The translations under genes were made by a program, and so were the position numbers. A stretch of 32,000 nt of DNA from Mycobacterium tuberculosis H37Rv. Lineage in GTDB: Bacteria; Actinomycetota; Actinomycetes; Mycobacteriales; Mycobacteriaceae. The notes beneath the pieces were generated by a model. The model saw nothing but the letters and a program-made list of their open reading frames with translations, made no database searches and was not told where the DNA came from. Positions 27,143 through 32,000 of the stretch are shown here, one piece after another. Within the stretch, counting starts at the first letter, position 1; each line of letters begins with the position of its first letter. The stretch covers positions 1,740,001 to 1,772,000 of the forward strand of contig NC_000962.3 of assembly GCF_000195955.2 (NCBI RefSeq), read 5' to 3'.

Positions 27143-29432
27143 TGTCGCGCACCAGCAGCACCACAGGCAGATCCGCGAACAGCTCGACGGCCGGCGTGTG
27201 CCCACTGGCCGTGAATCCGGTGAGGGCATCTGTCCACGACCCGTCGGGTAGGGGCAGTACGGTGTGGTCCCAGCCGGTTTGCTGCAGGCGCACCGTCCAG
27301 CGGGTCACCGCGACCAGGATGTCGTCACCGCGGCGGAACGCAACGACGTGGTCGGCGGCCGGCCCGGCGGCGAACACCGGATGGTATGCGCCGCCCAGGA
27401 AGCTCTCCGGATGGGTGCGCCGCAGTCGAAGCGCCGCGGCCAACACCCGAATCTTAGGGTGCTGCAAGGCTTTCAGAGCGACACGCCGGGTGCCGTAGTC
27501 GACGGGACGGCGGTTGTCCGGGTCGACCAGGCTGTCGTCCCACAGTTCGCTGCCCTGGTAGACGTCGGGTACGCCAGGCACGGTCAACGCGAGCAGCTTA
27601 GCGGCCAGCGCGTCGCTTTCGGCATGCGAGTTGAGGTGGGCCACAAGTCCGGTCAGCTCGGACGCCAGCGGTCCGTCGAGCACCAGATCAAGCCAGCCGT
27701 GCACGTCGTCCTCGAACGCCCGGTTCGGGTTGTGCCACGAGGTGTGCCATGCCGCCTCCCGGATCGCCTTCTCGGCGTAAGTGTGCAGCCGGCCGCGCAG
27801 CGCGGCGCTGACCTCTCCACTCACTGGCCACACTCCGAAGACGTTCTGCCACAGAAACTGTCCAGTCACGGCATCAGGGGCGGGCGCAATGGCTTGGGCG
27901 TGGCCGATGAACTTGGCCCACAGCCACGGCACTTGGGACAGCACGCCGATGCGGGCACGCACGTCCTCGCCGCGTTTGGTGTCGTGGGTGGACAGTGTCG
28001 TCATGGACCGTGGCCACAACCGAGCACGGGTGGCGGCCCGGTGATGAAACTCCGCGGCGCCCACACCAAACCGGCGCGGTTCTCCGCCCACTTCATTGAG
28101 TGACACCAGCCGGGCATCACGGTAGAACATACAGTCTTCGACGGCCTTGGCGCTCACCGCGCCGCACAGTTGTTGCAGGCGTACGGCTGGTTCGCCACCG
28201 CGGGCCACAGCTGCGGCAATCAGCTGCAGTCCAGGTGCCAATTGTGGTGTTGTCGAATGGGTTTCAGCCAACGCGCAGGGTAGGACGGCGGCTTGGCCGG
28301 GGTAATCACAGCGATAGCGTCCGATGTGGCGCAGCAGTGCAGCCACCGCCGCGGGCAACAGCGGATGATCGGCGCCGGCCGCCGCCGCGATGCATCGCCG
28401 CAATCGGCGAAGCTCACTGGCCAACGTATGGACGGCCGCGTGCACCTTGAGGTCGGCCAACATCGCCGGCATCTCCTGATAGTCCACACCGGCCGATTCG
28501 ACCAGCGCTGTCAGTGGTGACTCTCCTTGGGGGTCAACGAGGACGCCACCTATTTCGCGCAGCACGTCATAGCCGGTGGAGCCGTCCACTGGCAGCGTGG
28601 GCTCTAACGCCTCGTCGACCGCCAGGATTTTTTCGACCACGATCCAGGCGTTCGGGCCGAGCAGTTCGCGCAGCTGGGCCAAGTATCCGCTGGGATCGGA
28701 TAGTCCGTCGAGGTGGTCGACGCGCACGCCGTCGACGAGTCCTTCGGTGAACCAGCGAGCGACCTCTGCGTGGCTGGCGTCGAACACAGCGCGGTCTTCC
28801 TGGCGCAGGCCGGCCAACGAGGTGATCGAGAAGAAACGGCGGTAGCCGCACAGCCCGTGCCGCCATCCGACCAGCCGATAGTGCTGGCGGTCGTGCACAG
28901 CGGGGCCGGTGCCGTCCCCGCTGCCGGGGGCGACGGGCAGCGCCAGGTCGCCCAGCCGCAGCAGGTCGCCGTCGACTCTGAGGTTGGCAACGTCGCTGTC
29001 GGAGCCCAATAGCGGCAGGATGATCCGGCCATCACCTAGCTCCCAGTCGATGTCGAAGAACTCGGCATACGCCGAGGACCGGCCGAACTTCAAGACATCC
29101 CACCACCACGCGTTCTGCTCGGGCTTGCCGACGCCGACATGGCTGGGCACGATGTCGACGATCAGGCCCATGCCCCGCGACCGCGCCGCCGCGGATAACC
29201 GCGCTAGGCCGTCAGAGCCACCAAGCTCGGGTGACACCGTCGTCGGATCGGTGACGTCATAGCCGTGGGTCGACCCGCCGACCGCCGTCAAAATGGGGGA
29301 CAGGTACAGATGCGATACCCCGAGGTCGTCGAGGTAGTCCAGCAGGTTCTCGGCATCGGCGAAGGTGAACCCGAATCCGTTCGACCGACCGCGCATCTGC
29401 ACCCGGTAAGTGGAAATAACCGGAAATGCCAT
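27135..29432 (-). CDS. treY: Maltooligosyltrehalose synthase (GH13)
   Basis: 765 aa with an N-terminus typical of TreY (FTFADAENLLDYLDDLGVSHLYLSPIL), plus DIVPSHVG, GVRVDHLDG and VVEKIL. Confidence 0.93.
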   Translation of the reverse strand: MAFPVISTYRVQMRGRSNGFGFTFADAENLLDYLDDLGVSHLYLSPILTAVGGSTHGYDVTDPTTVSPELGGSDGLARLSAAARSRGMGLIVDIVPSHVGVGKPEQNAWWWDVLKFGRSSAYAEFFDIDWELGDGRIILPLLGSDSDVANLRVDGDLLRLGDLALPVAPGSGDGTGPAVHDRQHYRLVGWRHGLCGYRRFFSITSLAGLRQEDRAVFDASHAEVARWFTEGLVDGVRVDHLDGLSDPSGYLAQLRELLGPNAWIVVEKILAVDEALEPTLPVDGSTGYDVLREIGGVLVDPQGESPLTALVESAGVDYQEMPAMLADLKVHAAVHTLASELRRLRRCIAAAAGADHPLLPAAVAALLRHIGRYRCDYPGQAAVLPCALAETHSTTPQLAPGLQLIAAAVARGGEPAVRLQQLCGAVSAKAVEDCMFYRDARLVSLNEVGGEPRRFGVGAAEFHHRAATRARLWPRSMTTLSTHDTKRGEDVRARIGVLSQVPWLWAKFIGHAQAIAPAPDAVTGQFLWQNVFGVWPVSGEVSAALRGRLHTYAEKAIREAAWHTSWHNPNRAFEDDVHGWLDLVLDGPLASELTGLVAHLNSHAESDALAAKLLALTVPGVPDVYQGSELWDDSLVDPDNRRPVDYGTRRVALKALQHPKIRVLAAALRLRRTHPESFLGGAYHPVFAAGPAADHVVAFRRGDDILVAVTRWTVRLQQTGWDHTVLPLPDGSWTDALTGFTASGHTPAVELFADLPVVLLVRDNA

Positions 29433-29435
29433 ATT

Positions 29436-31601
29436 TCACAACGTCTTACGCAGGACCAGCAGCGAGCGCGCAGGTACCGAAAACGTGTCAGTGGCGGTTA
29501 CCGTCAGGTCGATGTCACCGACGGGATCGTTGGTATCCAGCTCTCCGGTCCACTGCTGCGCATAGCCGTCATGCGGCATCACGAACTCCACGTCGTGGTC
29601 ATGGGCGTTGAAGCACAACAGGAATGAATCGTCGACTACTCGCTCACCACGGGCGTCCGGTGCGGTAATGGCTTCACCGTTGAGAAACACCGCAACACAC
29701 CTGTCGAAGCCTCTGCCCCAATCCTCGTGCGTCATCTCCCGACCGCTCGGTGTCAACCAGGCGATATCGCGGACTTCGTCGCCACTGCGGATCGGTTCAC
29801 CCTCAAAGAACCGGCGTCGGCGAAACACCTTGTGGTTCTTGCGCAAGGTCGTCGCCTTGCGTGCGAAAGCTAGCAGATCGGCATTCTTGTCCACCAATGA
29901 CCAATCCATCCAAGATAATTCGGAGTCCTGGCAGTAGACGTTGTTGTTGCCGTATTGGGTGCGCCCAATCTCGTCGCCGTGGGCGATCATCGGCGTGCCC
30001 TGGCTGACCATAAGCGTGGCCCACATGTTGCGCATCTGGCGGGCACGCAGCGCCAAGATGTCGGGGTCATCGGTGGGGCCCTCGACACCGCAGTTCCACG
30101 ATCGGTTGTAGCTTTCCCCGTCGCGGTTGTTCTCGCCATTGGCCTCGTTGTGCTTGTCGTTGTACGAGACCAGGTCGTTGAGTGTGAACCCGTCGTGGGC
30201 GGTGACGAAATTGATACTGGCACTGGGCCGGCGGCCGGTTGCTTCGTAGAGGTCCGACGACCCGGTCAGCCGGGAGGCGAATTCGCCTAGGGTGGCCGGC
30301 TCGCCTCGCCAGTAGTCGCGCACGGTGTCGCGGTACTTGCCGTTCCATTCCGTCCACAGTCCTGGGAAGTTGCCAACCTGGTAGCCACCTTCGCCGACAT
30401 CCCATGGCTCGGCGATCAGCTTGACCTGACTGACCACCGGATCTTGTTGCACCAGATCGAAGAATGCCGACAGCCGGTCGACGTCGTGCAGCTCGCGGGC
30501 CAGCGTGGACGCCAGGTCGAACCGGAACCCGTCGACGTGCATTTCGATCACCCAGTAGCGCAGCGAATCCATGATCAGCTGCAGGGTGTGTGGGTGGCGG
30601 GCATTGAGGCTGTTGCCGGTACCGGTGAAGTCCTTGTAGAACCTCAAGTCGTGGTCCATCAGTCGGTAGTAGGCGGTGTTGTCGATTCCGCGAAAGTTGA
30701 TCGTCGGACCCAAGTGGTTGCCTTCAGCGGTGTGGTTGTAGACGACGTCGAGGATGACCTCGATGCCGGCTTCGTGCAGGCTGCGCACCATGGTTTTGAA
30801 CTCGGCTACCGCGCTGCCGGCTTGCCGGGTCGACGCGTATTGATGGTGCGGGGCGAAGAATCCGAAGGTGTTGTAACCCCAGTAGTTTCGCAAGCCGAGG
30901 TCCAGCAGCCGGGAGTCGTGTAGGAACTGGTGCACCGGCATCAACTCAACGGCGGTGACGTTGAGCTCGTTGAGGTGGTCGATGATCACCGGGTGGGCCA
31001 GGCCGGCGTAGGTGCCCCGGAGTTCGGGCGGGATACTGGGATGGGTCTGTGTCATGCCTTTGACATGCGCTTCGTAGATTACGGTCTCGTGGTACGGGGT
31101 GCGCGGCGACCGGTCGTATGCCCAGTCGAAGAACGGATTGATCACGACGCTGGTCATAGTGTGGCCCAGCGAGTCGACCATCGGGGGAGTGCTGTCCGGG
31201 TCGACGGCGTTGACGTCATAGGAATACAGCGCCTGCCCGAAGGTGAAATCGCCGTGGAACGACTTCCCATACGGGTCGAGCAGCAGCTTGCTGGGGTCAC
31301 ACCGATGGCCGGCCGCCGGGTCGAACGGCCCGTGCACACGAAACCCGTAGCGCTGGCCGGGGGTGATGTTCGGCAGATAGGCATGCCAGACGTACCCGTC
31401 CACCTCGTCAAGCGGGATCCGCGACTCGACGCCGTCCTCGTCGATCAGACATAGCTCGACCTTCTCGGCGATCTCGGAGAACAACGAAAAGTTGGTCCCG
31501 GCGCCGTCGTAGGTGGCTCCAAGCGGATAGGCGTTGCCCGGCCACACCGTGGGTAGAGCGGGCCCGGTCCCGTCGGACTCCCCGGCGTTGTTCGACGACA
31601 T
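29436..31601 (-). CDS. treX: Glycogen debranching enzyme (GlgX/TreX type, GH13)
   Basis: 721 aa from ATG 31601; an in-frame GTG lies one codon upstream at 31604. GH13 regions DVVYNHTAEG, GFRFDLAS, IAEPWD and FVTAHDGF. The stop lies 3 nt from the treY start. Confidence 0.93.
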   Translation of the reverse strand: MSSNNAGESDGTGPALPTVWPGNAYPLGATYDGAGTNFSLFSEIAEKVELCLIDEDGVESRIPLDEVDGYVWHAYLPNITPGQRYGFRVHGPFDPAAGHRCDPSKLLLDPYGKSFHGDFTFGQALYSYDVNAVDPDSTPPMVDSLGHTMTSVVINPFFDWAYDRSPRTPYHETVIYEAHVKGMTQTHPSIPPELRGTYAGLAHPVIIDHLNELNVTAVELMPVHQFLHDSRLLDLGLRNYWGYNTFGFFAPHHQYASTRQAGSAVAEFKTMVRSLHEAGIEVILDVVYNHTAEGNHLGPTINFRGIDNTAYYRLMDHDLRFYKDFTGTGNSLNARHPHTLQLIMDSLRYWVIEMHVDGFRFDLASTLARELHDVDRLSAFFDLVQQDPVVSQVKLIAEPWDVGEGGYQVGNFPGLWTEWNGKYRDTVRDYWRGEPATLGEFASRLTGSSDLYEATGRRPSASINFVTAHDGFTLNDLVSYNDKHNEANGENNRDGESYNRSWNCGVEGPTDDPDILALRARQMRNMWATLMVSQGTPMIAHGDEIGRTQYGNNNVYCQDSELSWMDWSLVDKNADLLAFARKATTLRKNHKVFRRRRFFEGEPIRSGDEVRDIAWLTPSGREMTHEDWGRGFDRCVAVFLNGEAITAPDARGERVVDDSFLLCFNAHDHDVEFVMPHDGYAQQWTGELDTNDPVGDIDLTVTATDTFSVPARSLLVLRKTL

Positions 31602-31639
31602 CACACGACCTTATCCAGGTTCTCCGGCGGGTGTAGGCG

Positions 31640-32000
31640 TCACCACCAGTCGGTGTTCGCCGCGATTTGCCGACCGAGCTCGCTGGTCATCGTCCGCATG
31701 TAGGTGGGGGTCAGGTGATGACTGTCGCGGTACACCAGAACATTTCCCTCGACCGCGCGGCAGGTGTCGGTCCGGCATATCGCGTCGGACATATCGAGTG
31801 GCTTAAGCAGCGGGAACCGCGCAACGAAGTCGAGGGTTGGATTCCGATCGACCAGCACCTTGGACCGCGCGATCCCACACGACTGCGGATTGCCGCCTTT
31901 GGCCAGGCAGTCCGCAGGGATGAACGGTTGGCCGTCCTTGACCAGCCAAGGGGTATCCCGCATCGCGAGAACGGGAATGTTGTTGTCGGCGAACGTTTGC
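31640..32000 (-). CDS. C-terminal SGNH-like domain of an acyltransferase-3 family membrane protein (Rv1565c); 5' part lies beyond the window
   Basis: The frame is open from the window edge to the stop at 31640. It ends in RDSHHLTPTYMRTMTSELGRQI, which resembles the DxxH block of SGNH domains fused to acyltransferase-3 proteins. I tentatively recall the orthologue as the polysaccharide succinyltransferase SucT. Confidence 0.7.
   Translation of the reverse strand, partial: QTFADNNIPVLAMRDTPWLVKDGQPFIPADCLAKGGNPQSCGIARSKVLVDRNPTLDFVARFPLLKPLDMSDAICRTDTCRAVEGNVLVYRDSHHLTPTYMRTMTSELGRQIAANTDWW

Noticed and set aside
27143-27229. 29-codon N-terminal extension of treZ (MPSPDSRPVGTRRPSSCSRICLWCCWCAT)
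   Set aside because: It lies inside treY, is Cys/Trp/Arg-rich and non-homologous. ATG 27142 gives the canonical TreZ N-terminus and the 8-bp coupled overlap.
27264-28103. 279-codon plus-strand ORF opposite treY, and similar ORFs opposite treZ and treX (26366..26977, 30444..31454)
   Set aside because: They are antisense to GH13 genes with intact catalytic regions and have no independent support.
1-32000. Scan for tRNA/rRNA genes, CRISPR arrays, IS elements or transposase genes, prophage genes, and DosR-type boxes near frd
   Set aside because: By eye I found no cloverleaf-like or rRNA-like segments, no regularly spaced direct repeats outside PPE21, no transposase or integrase-like ORFs, and no TTSGGGACT-like motif. 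Absence by manual reading is not proof, so tRNAscan, Infernal or ISfinder searches would be needed to settle it.

Overview
GC-rich actinobacterial chromosome. From gene content and order I recognise it as Mycobacterium tuberculosis complex core genome, H37Rv-like, running from dinX (Rv1537) to Rv1565c. This identification comes from memory, not from a search. I support about 29 protein-coding genes: dinX, ansA, lspA, an RluD-like pseudouridine synthase, lprI-glbN, two tandem SDR reductases, dnaE1, PPE21 (an MPTR-type PPE), a frameshifted fadD11, plsB1, frdABCD, a TetR regulator, a truncated mmpL6, a Ddn-like F420 enzyme, ilvA, vapBC11, treZ-treY-treX, and the 3' end of an acyltransferase-3/SGNH gene. 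I found no rRNA, tRNA, CRISPR array or IS element. This is mostly ordinary, well-studied core genome, and I see no evidence of a complete new multi-gene system. The observations most likely to be undescribed or under-described are: (1) a 77-codon His/Asp/Cys-rich ORF with a strong Shine-Dalgarno (SD) sequence, ending 9 nt before frdA, preceded by a CRP-type TGTGA-N6-TCAC site; (2) an imperfect inverted repeat of about 31 bp bracketing the TetR gene Rv1556, next to the TbD1 deletion scar in mmpL6; (3) a natural Cys-to-Ser change at the third 2Fe-2S ligand position of FrdB; (4) a UvrD/PcrA-Tudor-like C-terminal module on DinX, after its clamp-binding motif; (5) a RecA-independent (PafBC-type) DNA-damage promoter motif directly upstream of dnaE1; (6) several operator-like palindromes and candidate leaderless starts. 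All regulatory calls are sequence-pattern inferences that need experimental or comparative confirmation.
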